Shown in pieces: positions 13,742 through 26,760 of a stretch of DNA of 64,000 nt (within the stretch, counting starts at the first letter, position 1; every line of letters begins with the position of its first letter). The stretch is taken from the NCBI GenBank assembly GCA_964188305.1, contig OZ076890.1. One strand, 5' to 3'. The notes under the pieces are model-generated. The model searched no databases and had not been told where the DNA came from. It worked only from the letters and a program-made list of their open reading frames with translations. The stretch comes from Podarcis bocagei (Eukaryota). Both the position numbers and the translations under genes were made by a program.

Positions 13742-14212
13742 CAGTGGCGTAGCGTGGGTTCTCAGCACCCGGGGCAAGGCAAGTAATTTGCGCCCCCTAA
13801 CCCATGGATTTTAGCACTCGAGTCTCTTCCGCGCCCCCCCAGATGTTGTGCCAGGTGCAGCAGGCCCCCCTGCACCCCCCACGCTACGCCACTGCTCCCA
13901 CCACAAGTCTTCAGGACAGCCATCCGAAGGCTGGCGCGGGGAGAAGGTCTCTCCACCCCACCGCCAGGCTTCGGAGCAGCCATCCGAAGGCTGGCGCGGG
14001 GAGAAGGTCTCTCCGCCCCACCGCCAGGCTTCGGAGCAGCCTTCCGAAGGCTGGCGGCGGGAGGAGGTCTCTCCGCCCCACCGCCAGCCTTCGGAGGAGG
14101 TCCGAGGACAGTGGGGTTCCTGCTTCCTCGAGGAGGGCCGGCCAAACGCGCCCCCCCAAATGTTGCGCCCGATGCGGCCGGCACCCCTGGCACCCCCCAC
14201 GCTACGCCACTG
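13742..14212. mobile_element. hAT-type non-autonomous DNA transposon with internal 60-bp tandem repeats
   Basis: TIRs CAGTGGCGTAGCGTGGG…CCCACGCTACGCCACTG; perfect 8-bp TSD ATAGACCT at 13734-13741 and 14213-14220. Confidence 0.85.
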
Positions 14213-15846
14213 ATAGACCTAGAATCACAGTTTGCATTAGCTCACATAGGCTTCTAGCACTGCATAAGAACAAGAATAGTTCAGGAAAATATGAGGAAAA
14301 AGAACGAGAGAAGAGCAAATAGTGATGGGAGAGTTAAATACATTAATGCTAAAACAACAAGCTTAAAGTGCTGCTGCAAATGAAGGAAAATGAGGTGTGT
14401 ATTGCTACAAGACCAGAAGTTGCCTAGTGAGGTATCTGAGTAGATATTCATGGTAAACCAAAGTAACAGAAGGAAGTGAGAAAATGGGAAGGCAGGTGAA
14501 GAAACCAGAGGCAGCAAAAGGGTCCATTTTAAAAAGGAGGTTAATTTACTTACAGTCTTTCCAAACCACTTTTCAAGATAGCTTGAAGCAATAAATTATT
14601 TCCTTAAAAGAATGGAATATAGTCCTGCCCTGTAGGGGAGCAGAGAACCAGTCTTTGGCTCATCTCTGTGAAAGCCCTTCAGGTATCTGAAAAGTGTTAT
14701 CATGTCCCCTCTCAGTCTTCACTACTCTAGGGAAAAGAAAATGTTTACACCACATTTTCACCCAATTGCATATACCACAGTCCTCCATGTTTCCCAGCGC
14801 TGGCCCAGAAAGTCCTTAAACAAGCACCATGTTTAGCATTCTTGCACCTGAATTTTCCTGAGATGAACAACTGCCACTTAATCATTCCCATCATTGCTGA
14901 TCCTCTTTCTTGCTCCACCCCCACCCACCAGCAGTGAACATAGACCTTCCTGGTGCACCCAGAGAGAGCTGCCCTACAGTCTTTGCCACCAGCTTCTGAA
15001 GTCTCTGTGCTGGTAGAAAGGGCTGCTGTAATTGCCCCTTTCAACTGAGACCGGATAAATTTTCATAGGGATTTTTCTTCTGTTTTTCTCTGCTTAAAAA
15101 AAATGCAAAGTGATGCAGAAACTGAGATTCATCCATACCTCTCTAAAAACACGTGCAATTGAATTATCACACATCTAGGCTTAGTTCCATTGCTTGAGAA
15201 CATCAGTATAACATCCCTTTGTGAGGGAGCTGAAAACAGGCCACTGCAATGACAATCTACTATTGCCATTTGCATTTGACAACTGAGTTGCAGAGAGCTG
15301 ACTAGAAGACAGCTGGTACAAAACATGTGAATCTCATCTAGAGTAACTACTAAAATTTCACTACAATGAAAATTCAATTTAGAGGTTTTCTCCTCGGGCA
15401 AAGGATCGGAACAATTTCTAGGAAAGCCAAGAAATTTTATTTGCAGTAGACTCCAAGTCCATTCCACAATCAGTTCCTCCCCAGCTGAAACCTAGGATTC
15501 TGCACTGCTTTCTGTAGAAATATAATGTCAGCAAAATCAACGAACGCCATTTTTGTCCTGCAATTGAATACAGAATTACCCTGATTCTCTGTCCTTGCTG
15601 AAGCTCTAGGGTACACAGGCAGCTCCTATGACCATATGGACATTCTCAAATGGGGATGTATATCCCCATTTCATTTGCTTTATTTATACATAACCTCATT
15701 GCATTTGGAAAGTTGCTCCAATTTAGGAATGAACTGGATGGTTTGTACTCATCAATAGCTCCCTGTATGCCTTAGTGCTCCTGCCAAACGTTCAGTTTGG
15801 GATAATGATCTTTTAAAACATTACTTGAACTAAATAAGCTAGAAAT

Positions 15847-16390
15847 TGTAGCACCCTGCTTGTGGTTAACGCTTAGCTGGAATGAAATAATCAACGCAGC
15901 AATAGAGAAATTAAAATAATTATTTATTTGTCAGACAAATAAATGAGAGGCACAGTGGTATATGGTTACCAAGCTCTGGCCTGGCCTCCTGCCATTATGG
16001 CCAGCACTTATATTCCCTTAATCCAGCCCCCTTTGCTCCTCCTTTGGCTGCCTCTGTCCAATCAGCCTGGTTGGATTTCCTATTGGCTGATTGCTATAAC
16101 CAATCCTAAAAGATACACCCATATCCTCCTGTCCTTATATGGAACACAAAGAGCTATATATTGTTAAATGCCCTCCTTGCCCTATTGCCTTCTAAAACAA
16201 ATGGTTAATCTTAAATTTTTATCTTAAACATATGTCAAGGATCTTGAGTTTCACATCAACATTGAAAGATCTCCTTCATTTGAAGGTTTCTAAACAAATG
16301 TCTGACAGCTTATATATCAGGACAGCTTGGATGGCGTCTTCCTGTCTGGCAGGGGGGGCCCGGCTGGTGGCTGACTTAATTACAACTCTT
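15847..16390 (-). mobile_element. Possible solo LTR (boundaries uncertain)
   Basis: On the minus strand, in order: CCAAT-box cluster (~16045-16105), TATA-like TATAAG (~16007-16012), AATAAA (~15923-15928), ending …GGGTGCTACA at 15847. No TSD found. Confidence 0.35.
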
Positions 16391-17207
16391 ACAACTATAT
16401 GAAATAAGAATTTAGCATTTGTTAAATCCTTTGCATAATTACATCTATGCCAATACACTTAATACACAACACAGGTAGCCTCTTAAAAGGAATAAGGTCT
16501 TTGTAAAGTAGAAAAGGGAACTCAGTAAAAAAAGGAACACAGTAAAAAACCGCTTTAAAAGAAGCCTCTTCAGTTTAACACCCCCCCTTCAGCCAGCTGC
16601 TTTTCCCATTAGCTCTTCCCAACATTTATTGCCCTCTAACTCTCTCAGTTTAAGAAAGAAACAGCTTTAAAAAGAGACTTCCCAAAAATGCTCTCTTTCT
16701 GCCAGCTAAATGCTTCTCCAAGTTAGGAAATCTTTCCCATCCCCACCAATCCAACTCCTAGAGTATCCGGCAGGTGCTATTTTTTTCCAAGGTTTACTTT
16801 AAACAGCAGGTCTCCCAGCACTGGCCAAATACCTTAAGCATCTTTTTCAGATGCTAGATTTTGAGCTCACTTTGCAGCAATCAGTCATCACTGCTCCCAA
16901 GCATGCAAGAAGAAAAGGGTGGAAGGTCCTGACCTAGATTTCAGTCCACAGGAGTCAGCATCAGAACACAGACATTGGCCTTTCTAGACAGAAATGGCAT
17001 GCCAGAGTGAGTGAAGAAGGTACTATAGAACTTGAACATATTTTCATATTTTTTTAGCCAGGGACAAGGCAGTGGACAGGGGGGGGGGCTTTCTTTAATC
17101 TTTTGTCTTCATTGGTTTGTGTAATAATAAACTCCTAACAAAAGAAAAAGTAGGGTTATTTTAATAAGAAGAAGAAACTGCTGCTGTTAGCAGAGAAAGT
17201 AGCTATA

Positions 17208-17433
17208 CAGTGGTACCTCAGGTTAAGTACTTTATTCATTCTGGAGGTCCGTTCTTAACCTGAAACTGTTCTTAACCTGAAGCACCACTTTAGCTAATGG
17301 GGCCTCCTGCTGCTGCCACACCGCCGGTGCACGATTTCTGTTCTCATCCTGAAGCAAAGTTCTTAACCTGAAGCACTGTTTCTGGGTTAGCAGAGTCTGT
17401 AACCTGAAGCGTATGTAACCCGAGGTACCACTG
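17208..17433 (+). mobile_element. Tc1/mariner MITE, copy 4
   Basis: Same TIRs and interior; TA TSD. Confidence 0.85.
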
Positions 17434-18144
17434 TATTATGGTTTATAATTAGTGAGAAAGAAAGTCACCATTGAATACACCATTACTTTTTATTGACAAA
17501 GTCTGGGGAAGTTAGCCTATGTGTTACTATTTCTGAATAATATTTTTATGATAGTCCACCCCATCACACACACTTTGGGGGGCAGAGATGAGTGGGAGGA
17601 GATTGTAGACTCAGCATACTGGCCAACAAATGTAGGCTATTCCATTTCCATAATAGATTGATAAATTCAAATGTATATCAGCAGCATAATATCTGATTTT
17701 TTTATTTTTATTTTTGCATTTGTAGTCTATATTCCCACAATTACAGGAATAAACCATCTGCATGCACACTCTCAGGTTATAATTCAAGTCTATTAAAATT
17801 ATTATTTGTGATTACCTAATGCATGTAGTCTTTGAATCATTCTATCAACCTTTTCTGTATTCATTCAACTTCCAGATAAGTTTTCATTAACTATTTCTCA
17901 GAAAGTAAATATGTAATTCTGCAAAATGAGCACGTTATATTGCTGGATAATTTATCCTCCTACCAACAGCTGCTTCACAGTGGTAAATGACAAACCAGCA
18001 ATTCATTTGAGTCAACAATAAAAGGAATAGTTGTTCACATTCAAATTCATCTCAAGCTGTTAATGGGCATTGTGTAATGGCAGAGACCAGCGTGTGTGGT
18101 TGATCCACCATCAGCCACATAAGATGGCAAGTAAGACGAGACCT

Positions 18145-18380
18145 TCCTGCCAACCTAGCAGTTCAAAAGCACATCAAAGTGCAAGTAGATAAATAGGTAC
18201 TGCTCCGGCAGGAAGGTGAATGGCATTTCCATGCACTGCTCTGGTTTGCCAGAAGTGGCTTAGTCATGCTGGCCGCATGATCCGAAAGCTCCCTCAGCCA
18301 GTAAAGCGAGATGAGCACCGCAACCCCAGAGTCATCTGCGACTGGACCTAATGGTCAGGCATCCCTTTACCCTTTACCTT
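18145..18380 (+). mobile_element. 5'-truncated Sauria SINE
   Basis: Matches the 3' two-thirds of the 10928 copy; ACCTTT tail; TSD TAAGA(C/T)GAGACCT at 18132-18144 and 18381-18393. Confidence 0.9.
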
Positions 18381-20893
18381 TAAGATGAGACCTACTGGAT
18401 CAGACCAAACACCTACCTTCTCACACTGATCAACCAGATATGTATGTGAATCCCACAAGAAAGACATGAACGTGATAGCACTAATGTATAACTCCCAGAA
18501 TAGGAGGCCTATCAACTAGGGACAAAAGGGCATGTGTAGGTAGATCACCCTTTATTATCACTATCCAGGAATCCTCATACTGTCTTGCTAAGGGATTTAA
18601 AAAAGAAACAAGCTATAGGCTTCAAAATAAATAACTCAATTTAAATCTAGTTTAAATTTGTCATTGGTGAACTCAGGCCACTTTATACCTCAGATATGAG
18701 TCTATCTACATATACAAAGTGAATTCAACAGCCAGCTGTTTGCAAACACATGTGCTAGTCAGTAAGTGACCATAGGTCCCTGTTGGGCATACTCAATGTG
18801 ACTTGGGTTCTCTACTGTGCAGTTAGTCTTGCATTTCTGAGATCCAAATTAAAAGTTCTACTGAAACCTCTCTGACAACAAATAACTTTGGATTGGCTGA
18901 CATCTCTTCTAATCACCACTTTGCCTTTTGGCATTTGGTGATGGGTATCTGACTCAGTGAAGTGACTCCAGTGAGATGTGTTGCATTTGAGGTGACTCTG
19001 GGTAGTGTGAAGGTTCTGCCAATGGTGGGTGATCTATGATGACTTGTTAACAATGCAAGAATCACCACTTCATATTTTGGCCACCAAGTGGAGAACATGC
19101 ATCTGTAAGGCTTTTTAGTTTGCATGAGTCTTTAAGAAGGAAAGAAATATTTTCTCTGTGTTAGATTTGGCTTTCTTTACTCTGCCCGCCTGCCATGTGA
19201 TAAATTATCAATGAAGAGAGATATGCACACTGCTTGTGATAGGTGCATAAATTTAGTAAATTACAGATTGTGCAAACAAAGCTGCTTGGCATTGTCATAT
19301 TATAATTGAATAAAAGCTTCCTAATTTGGATACTTGTACTTGTGTCCCAACAGAATCTTCTCCTTGTTCCCTGTTAGAACAATAAATTTAAAGCAAAGAG
19401 CTTAATGGTATTCTTTTTTAGTCCAAACTGATGGAGTGAAGTAATTGCCTTTTTGGTGCTCACATATCTCCAGCTTAGATGGCTTTACAAGCAGAGCACT
19501 TTAGCCTAAGAACAAATGTATGAATATGTAGTAGGCATTTGCATTACATTTAACATCTCTGAAACACAAAAATCAACTTTGGCATAACATGGCAAGCAAA
19601 TAAGTAACCAACTATCACTTCAGGTGGGGAGCTGTAATGCAAAGTGGCAGAATACCTCCTCCCCCTCTGCTCTAGGTAAGTACACTCATGAAGCAGCCAC
19701 CACAATCCATCTGAGGAGTTAAAAAGTGAGAGGTTTCACATGTTCATTGTCAAACTGGAGAGAGGCTTCTGGTGGAGTGCTGTTAATCTTCAGCGTTCTT
19801 GATGATTTAGATGAAGGGGTGGAGAAAACAACTTTCATCCAGCATATTAAATTAACAACCTGCATGTGCTAATATGTCAAAAAGCCTTTGTGTCTGCCAG
19901 AATGAATGCTTTGCTTTCCCAAGTCCTGCTAGGAAGATACTGTACAGCATTCCAATGGACTCCTATGTAATGAACTTCAGGTGAAAACAGTGGGACATGC
20001 CTCATGTCTTGCAATTTGTACTATGATATTCGTGAACATCCAATTAACCCTCTGCCGAGCTCTTTACCATTAATTATGGTAAATATCTACTGATAATGAC
20101 CCATGCATCTCTCAAGCAGTTGCCAAGTTTTTAGCATTAGCAGAAGAGAGCAGTAAGCAGTTGGTGGGCTGAAGGATTGTCTCTATGGTTGCCTTGGTAT
20201 GTCAACTCTGCAAATCCCTGAACAGCCATGTGCTGCGAATGCGCCAGCTCTGGGTCTTCTTCACTGAGCACTGAACTGAGTTAGATGCTTTACAAGACCC
20301 CCTCTAGCTCCATGATTCTGTGATAGTGCAACTTTTTCCATGTCCATTCAGAAGGGGACCTCATTAAGTTTGATGGGACTTTCTCCTAGGTAAGCCTGAG
20401 CCAGCCATCTGTTTTGTTTTGGCTCCCTTCCCTTCCCTCCACACCCAACTCTTCTCATTATTCCCCAATTATAGGGTACTACACCACACTTGCTGACACT
20501 AACATCTTTTGTTTCAATAGTCTTAATAATACTGTTAATGTGTCATCAGCAACGCTTTCAACAACTAACTATGCATTAAGAATCTGTTATTTTCTCAAAT
20601 GCCTGGTATTTCCATGAAACAAGGAGGCATTTGGCACAGGACCTGGTTTGGCATCTTGAGTAAACAAATATGTTGTGGATTAATTGAAGGGCTGATTCAT
20701 GGAATCAAGTCACTCATTAGCCCTTAATACACTTACCATTTAATTGCACCTAAAGCAAAATCCGAGGCATTTTGGGAGGCGGCTCCTCAGGCAAAACATC
20801 TGCAGTACGTGTTGAGGTAAAGAAAAAGGACATCAGCAGCTGTCAGCACTTTTCTTTAGTTTTCTTCCTACAGTGCTAAGCTAGTTTTCTGGG

Positions 20894-21010
20894 ATAGCTC
20901 AGGGTTGTAGGTTTGAACCCCACACTGGGCAAAAGTTTCATGCAATGCAGGAGGCTTGGACTAGATGACCCTCATGGTCCTTTCCAACTCTACATTTCTA
21001 TGATCCTATG
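20894..21010 (+). mobile_element. Short tRNA-headed SINE with CR1-type 3' end
   Basis: Degenerate B-box GGTTTGAACCCC followed by TGGACTAGATGACC…TTCCAACTCTAC…CTATGATCCTATGA. Confidence 0.55.
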
Positions 21011-21043
21011 AGTCTATCATACCATGGAACTCTGTTCATGTGT

Positions 21044-21720
21044 CAGCCAGGTCAATTCTGTGTCCAGGGCAGCTGTTTACCAGTTCCATCTGGTATGCAG
21101 GCTGAGACCCTACCTGCCCACAGACTGTCTCGCCAGAGTGCTGCGTGCTCTAGTTATCTCCCGCTTGGGCTACTGCAATGCACTTTACGGTGGGGCTACC
21201 TTTGAAGGTGACTCGGAAACTACAACTAATCCAGAATGCGGCAGTTAGACTGGTGACTGGGAGCGGCTGCCAAGACCACATAACACCGGTCTTGAAAGAC
21301 CTACATAGGCTCCCAGTATGTTTCTGAGCACAATTCAGACTGTTGGTGCTGACCTTTAAAGCCCTAAACGGCCTCGGTCCAGTATACCAGCCTTCTGGTG
21401 GTTCCCTCACTGCAAGAAGTGAGGTTACAGTGAACCAGGCAGAGGGCCTTCTCGGTAGTGGCACCCGCCCTGTGGAACACCCTCTCACCAGATGTCAAAG
21501 AAAAAAACAACTACCAGACTTTTAGGAGACATCTGAAGGCAGCCCTGTTTAGGGAAGCTTTTAATATCTGAAGGACTATTGTATTTTAATATTTTGTTGG
21601 AAGCTGCCCAGAGTGGCTGGGGAAACCCAGCCAGATGGGCAGGGTATAAATAAATTATTAATATTATTACCATTACCATTACCATCATCATCATCATCAT
21701 CATCATCATTATTATTATCA
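21044..21720 (+). mobile_element. L2-clade LINE 3' fragment
   Basis: Decayed ORF2 C-terminus (ALVISRLGYCNALY; HITPVLKDLH.LPV; LTFKALNGLGPVY), 3' UTR ending GGGTATAAATAAATT, then a (TTA/CAT)n tail. Confidence 0.8.
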
Positions 21721-22644
21721 TCTGATTACAGATAAGTTCAGCACTAAAATCAGGAAAAAGGCTAGAGCTTTATTATGAAGACGTGAAGGTTTATTGATTC
21801 AACTACCACCTACTCAAGCAGATTCTAATCTAACTAACAACCACTTGAGTAGATCAATACATATATACTCTGACTGGCAGCAGCCCAACATTAGTTTTTT
21901 CCGAGACACGCTCACCTGTGAGCTTGCACTTGAACTTGCATTGAACAAGTAAAACTTGTGTTCTGTCACTGAGCTATGCCCCTACCCCTGAAGATGAAGA
22001 ATAGTCTATAATGATGAATCTGTACAGGTAACTTGATGGGTAATTATAATGTATATCAAGTGAAATGACTATGTATAGCCAGCCCAATTTACTACAGATA
22101 ATACGATTCCTCCTAACAGTATCAGACAAATAGAGAAACATGCATCCTTGATTTTAGATGTCGTTAGAGATAACAGCTTTCAGTTTTAACAAATATGCTT
22201 TGAGGTACAGTAAGAGATCATGAATAAGAAAAATATGACTGTATGTTAACAGTACACAAACTGATAAGCCAATGAGGGGGATTACCACTGCACGCCATCA
22301 CTTTATCACCCTATAGTATTGCATGCAGTAATCCATCTGTGACAAGTCAGGACAAATCCTTTATTCTTACAGATTCCTTCTTTTTAAAGATATCTTAGGA
22401 ATCATTTCAATACATAATCCCCTTGCTAAGCTTCTGAATGATAGCAGTATCTGGCACAGCTCAAGTGCAACAACAAGAGATTCAGATGGCCGATACAGCC
22501 TTGATCTCAGCTATGGGGATTCAAAGAAACAAAGAGGAGACAGAGAATGCAAGAGATAAACAGACTGAAGTGCAAATAGCGCATGCAGCACCAGGTGCAA
22601 TAGTAGCACCACTGGAAAATGTGGGGTAACACCATGACAAGCAA

Positions 22645-22870
22645 ATCTCCATTACGAGAAAGGAGATTCTGAGTAAACATTAGGAGGAACTTTCTGACAA
22701 TAAGAGCTGTTCAAAAGTGGAACGGTCTCCCGCGAGTGCTGGGGGACTCTCCTTCATTGGAAGTCTTTAAGCAGAGTTTGGATGACCATCTGTCATGAAT
22801 GCTTCAGCTGAGATTCCTACATTGTAGAGGGTCTGACTAGATGACCTTCCAACTCTATGATCCTATGATT
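22645..22870 (+). mobile_element. CR1 LINE 3' fragment
   Basis: AACATTAGGAGGAACTTTCTGACA…TGGAAC…TTTAAGCAGAG…CTTCCAACTCTATGATCCTATGATT, a CR1-type 3' terminus. Confidence 0.75.
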
Positions 22871-22932
22871 GAAAGCCACATTTTGATATGACTGCACATA
22901 TTTGTGATTAGCTATTATATCTAATATTTGAA

Positions 22933-23283
22933 GGGACGCGGGTGGCGCTGTGGGTAAAACCTCAGCGCCTAGGACTTGCCAATCTCATGTCGGCAGTTCG
23001 AATCCCCGCGGCGGGGTGCGCTCCCGTTGCTCGGTCCCAGCGCCTGCCAACCTAGCAGTTCAAAAGCACCCTCGGGTGCAAGTAGATAAATAGGGACTAC
23101 TTACTAGCGGGAAGGTAAACGGTGTTCCGTGTGCTGCGCTGGCTCGCCAGATGCAGCTTGTCACGCTGGCCACGTGACCCGGAAGTGTCTGCGGACAGCG
23201 CTGGCTCCCGGCCTATAGAGTGAGATGAGCGCACAACCCTAGAGTCTGCCAAGACTGGCCCGTACGGGCAGGGGTACCTTTAC
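22933..23283 (+). mobile_element. Full-length Sauria SINE, divergent subfamily
   Basis: Same architecture with a different 3' half; TSD CTATTATATCTAA at 22912-22924 and 23284-23296. Confidence 0.9.
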
Positions 23284-25762
23284 CTATTATATCTAAAGGG
23301 AACCTCCATGTTCAGAGGAATTATACCCGGGTACCAACAGGGAGTGCTGTTCCATCCATATCCTTCCTCAGAGTTTTTGGGTGGCCACAGATGAAAACAG
23401 GATGCTGGACCTTTGATCTGATCTACCAAGTCCCTTGTTACGTCCCGAGGCACACCTTACCCTTCATAACATTCTGCATGAGCAACGCCATGTCCTTAGA
23501 ATGCTCTTGTAATATATAGATCAACATTAGCTTTCTTTCAGAGAAGGGGAATGGAAGACAGCATGACAAATTGTAGGCTTTCCCCTCATATAGTGCTTGA
23601 GTTCATATCACATCTTTACTCAACATTGAGTGACTAGCAGCTGAAGGCCCAACTAAACATGCTATGGGAGACCCATGATCAGGATCCTTCATGCGTTGCT
23701 TTGGGGTGTCTGTTGTTGTTTACTTCAAAGCAGGCGTGTGTGTCCAATCCTTTCCTTCTGCACCACTTCCCTCCTCAAGCTAATCCATAGAAGGGTGGAG
23801 GGGGAGCGGAATGAATGGCACAGGAATTTATTCCATTGAAATGCATTGCATTCAGGATGACATGAGATGAAATACAAGTTCTACAAGTGATGATTCATAG
23901 GCCATGGCTCATTCTCACATGCAAATCAAGTGCTGAATGTGAATGTGTGAACCAGCCCTATACCTTTCCAAATCTGCTCTACAAAAACAGGTGATTACAC
24001 TCATGTCCCCAGCCCCAAATCAGCATTTTGTTCTCTGGGGCGTCACAGTCACAAGATGGTTTCTGTGTATGGGAATGACTTCCCACACCACTCCAAAAGA
24101 AAGCGTAACAGAAGAACCATAATCAAATTACTGGAGAGGTGGGAGAGTTGAGGGCACCTTGATGAAATGTGTACACACACACACACACACACACACTGCC
24201 CCCACTTTCAGTCAAATTGTGGCCCCTTATTGCTCCTAAAAACAATAGCTTACAGGAGACACAATTTAGATACTTTTTTTTTATAAAATTATGTTATGTA
24301 TAAAAAGGTTGCTTGAGGAACCAAATCCCAATCCCATATGACATGCATGTAGTGGTGTATGCAGATGACCATTTTATCACCCATCAGAATCTGATATATT
24401 GTTTTTAAAAATCTCTTTACCATTTGACAGGGTGATAAGGGAGAATAAGCTATTCATGGGTGCAAGCAAATCAGTACAATTTGCAGCCATTTTTGTGTCA
24501 TTCAAAATAATCACAAAAAACCAATATTTGCAAAACAGACTGCCGTGGAAGAGGAAACAGAATGTTTAAATTGATTATGGTGAGGTGAAGGATGGACGGA
24601 TCAGTCTATTTCTGTACTGTGTCAATTTCCCACATATTCATTCAGAAGTGTTTTCTGTCCCATTTTTTAATCTGCGTTAAAAAAAGGCATGGAATTTTGT
24701 ATCTATATATTACCAAAATATTTTATTGCAAAATATGCATTTAAATACATATTTTATGCCACTGTACAGATGTGTTTTATACTAAAATGCATTTGGTCCT
24801 TTTCTTTTAGTCAGGACTACTGCAAAATTCAAAGACGTGCAAAATCTGAAGAAGGGTTATGCTCCAATCTGCAAATTAGTCTGGCTATTTCTAAACCAGC
24901 CTCATTATGTTGCATCTGACTTTACGCAAAGGCATTTTTTTTTTAAAGACAACATCTTTCACTTCCTATGTCAAGTTACAGAATAGCCAAGCTTTTTAAA
25001 TATGGCACTTTCCAGCCTATGTCAACAATGTACATGAATTCACATAAAAAGCAAAAGAGAGGTTCAAAGAGCTTTTTAAGCAACGTATGTGAAAACACTC
25101 AGAAAATAATTTAGACTTTACAGCAAAAGCAAAGTCACAAGTTAAATGATCAGTGTCACGGACAGTCTGTACAAGAACAAAATAAAGAAATAATCAGCAC
25201 ACATTTTTTCTCTCACACAAACCCATTAGGGCTGTGGTGAAAATGTTTTCCATTCCCCCCACTCCTTGACAACTCTTCATTACTGTAGTTAATGAGAAAA
25301 GAAACTGTATTCAAAAATTATCAAAGGAGGAAAGAAAAACTTTTTGGGGAGGGGGGAGACCTATTTTTGTGGCATTTTGTTGTTGTTGCATTCTCCTTAA
25401 TTTAAAAGTAGCTGAGAGAATTTGTGCCTTACTTTGCAAAGCATCTATCTGGTAGTCTGCATTGTGAAGCCTTCCTGCTCAAACTTTCTGAAAATGCCAT
25501 TGGGTGTGAGAAGTCTGTCATGTGCCTAAACACCTGTTCCTTCTAAAGAAAACAATGCAGATTTCTTAAAAGTTAAAGGGAACACTTCCCTTAAAAACAA
25601 AATTAGCACCCTACACTCAGGGGGTTGGTTGCCAGCTGCCCCACTTTGCCATGTCCCAATTAAAGCCCAGGGAAAGACGTAATGAGGCAACTCATTGAGC
25701 CTTTTCAGGTCAGGAAGTTTGGGCAGTCGGAGAAGCTACAGAGTGCTGAGCACTACACAAAT

Positions 25763-26760
25763 GTTTGGCTGGCATCCATCTGCCTCAGGAGACAATGGAG
25801 GAGTGCGCATTTGGGGATGAGGCCAAGCTCTTAGAAGGTTGCAGTGCCTGCTGTGGTTCTAGAGACCCATACAGGAGAGACATGTTGCAGCTGGGGCAGA
25901 TGAAGGCATCTGGATGTGCTGCTGCAGATGCGCTCCTCCCAGCAGTCATTCTTCCTCTGCTCACTGCTGTGGATGCAGGACCTGTTTGTCTCAAGGCACC
26001 ATTGTCTTCTGCAAGGGATTCCTACATAGTGGGATTGACGTTGCCAGCCTTCATGTCATGTTTGCAGCCATCTTTATAACACAGAGCTGGTCTGCTAATG
26101 GGCATGGTGCCAGAAGCCAGCTCCCCATAAAGCACATCCTTTGGAGATCCTGACATCATTTTGCGGACATGACCAAGCTAGTGTAGACGTCGCCGAGACA
26201 GGAGTGTGAACATGCTCGGGAGAGCACATCATTGTTTGGAATTCTGTCCTGCCATGTGATACCCAAAATCCTCCTGATGCAGCACATATGGAAGGCATTG
26301 AGGCATTGCTCCTGACAGTTGGAAGCTGTCCATGACTCACTTCCATAAAGTAGCATGCTCAGCACATAAGCCTTGTAGACTTTCTTCACCTTGGTATTGG
26401 ATGTTGGCACCACATTCTTCCATACACTTTGGAGATGTGAGCCATTGCCACAGCTGCCTTGCGGATACACTTGTCCAGCTCAGTGTCGATGGAGAGATTA
26501 TTGGCTATGGTGGAACTCAGACAGACAAAATGTTCTACTACCTGAACCATGTAGTCACCAATGCTGATGTGTGGAGTGCTGGCGACATCCTAACCCAAGA
26601 TGTTGGTCTTCATCAGGCTTATGGCAAGGCCCAACTCCCTGCAGGCTTGAGCAAAATGGTAGCTGAGTCTCTGTAGAGCTTCCTCAAGTCTGCATCATCT
26701 GGAAACAACATCTCTCAGATAAGGATCCGCCACACTTTTGTCTTGGTGCAGAGACATGCC
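25763..26760 (-). mobile_element. Decayed 5'-truncated RTE-clade LINE
   Basis: Minus-strand remnants EMLFPDDA (YADD-like), YKAYVLSMLLYGSESW and AFHMCCIRRILGITWQDRIPNNDVL, with frameshifts. Confidence 0.8.

Noticed and set aside
13909-14100. CRISPR-like appearance of palindromic repeats
   Set aside because: The units are contiguous with no unique spacers, there are no cas genes, and the context is vertebrate.
13762-14322. Several overlapping 80-170 aa ORFs on both strands
   Set aside because: They arise from a GC-rich 60-bp tandem repeat inside a MITE; no protein-like features.
22438-22629. 63-aa ORF with protein-like composition
   Set aside because: An in-frame stop lies immediately upstream, there is no clear splice context and I recognise no homology.
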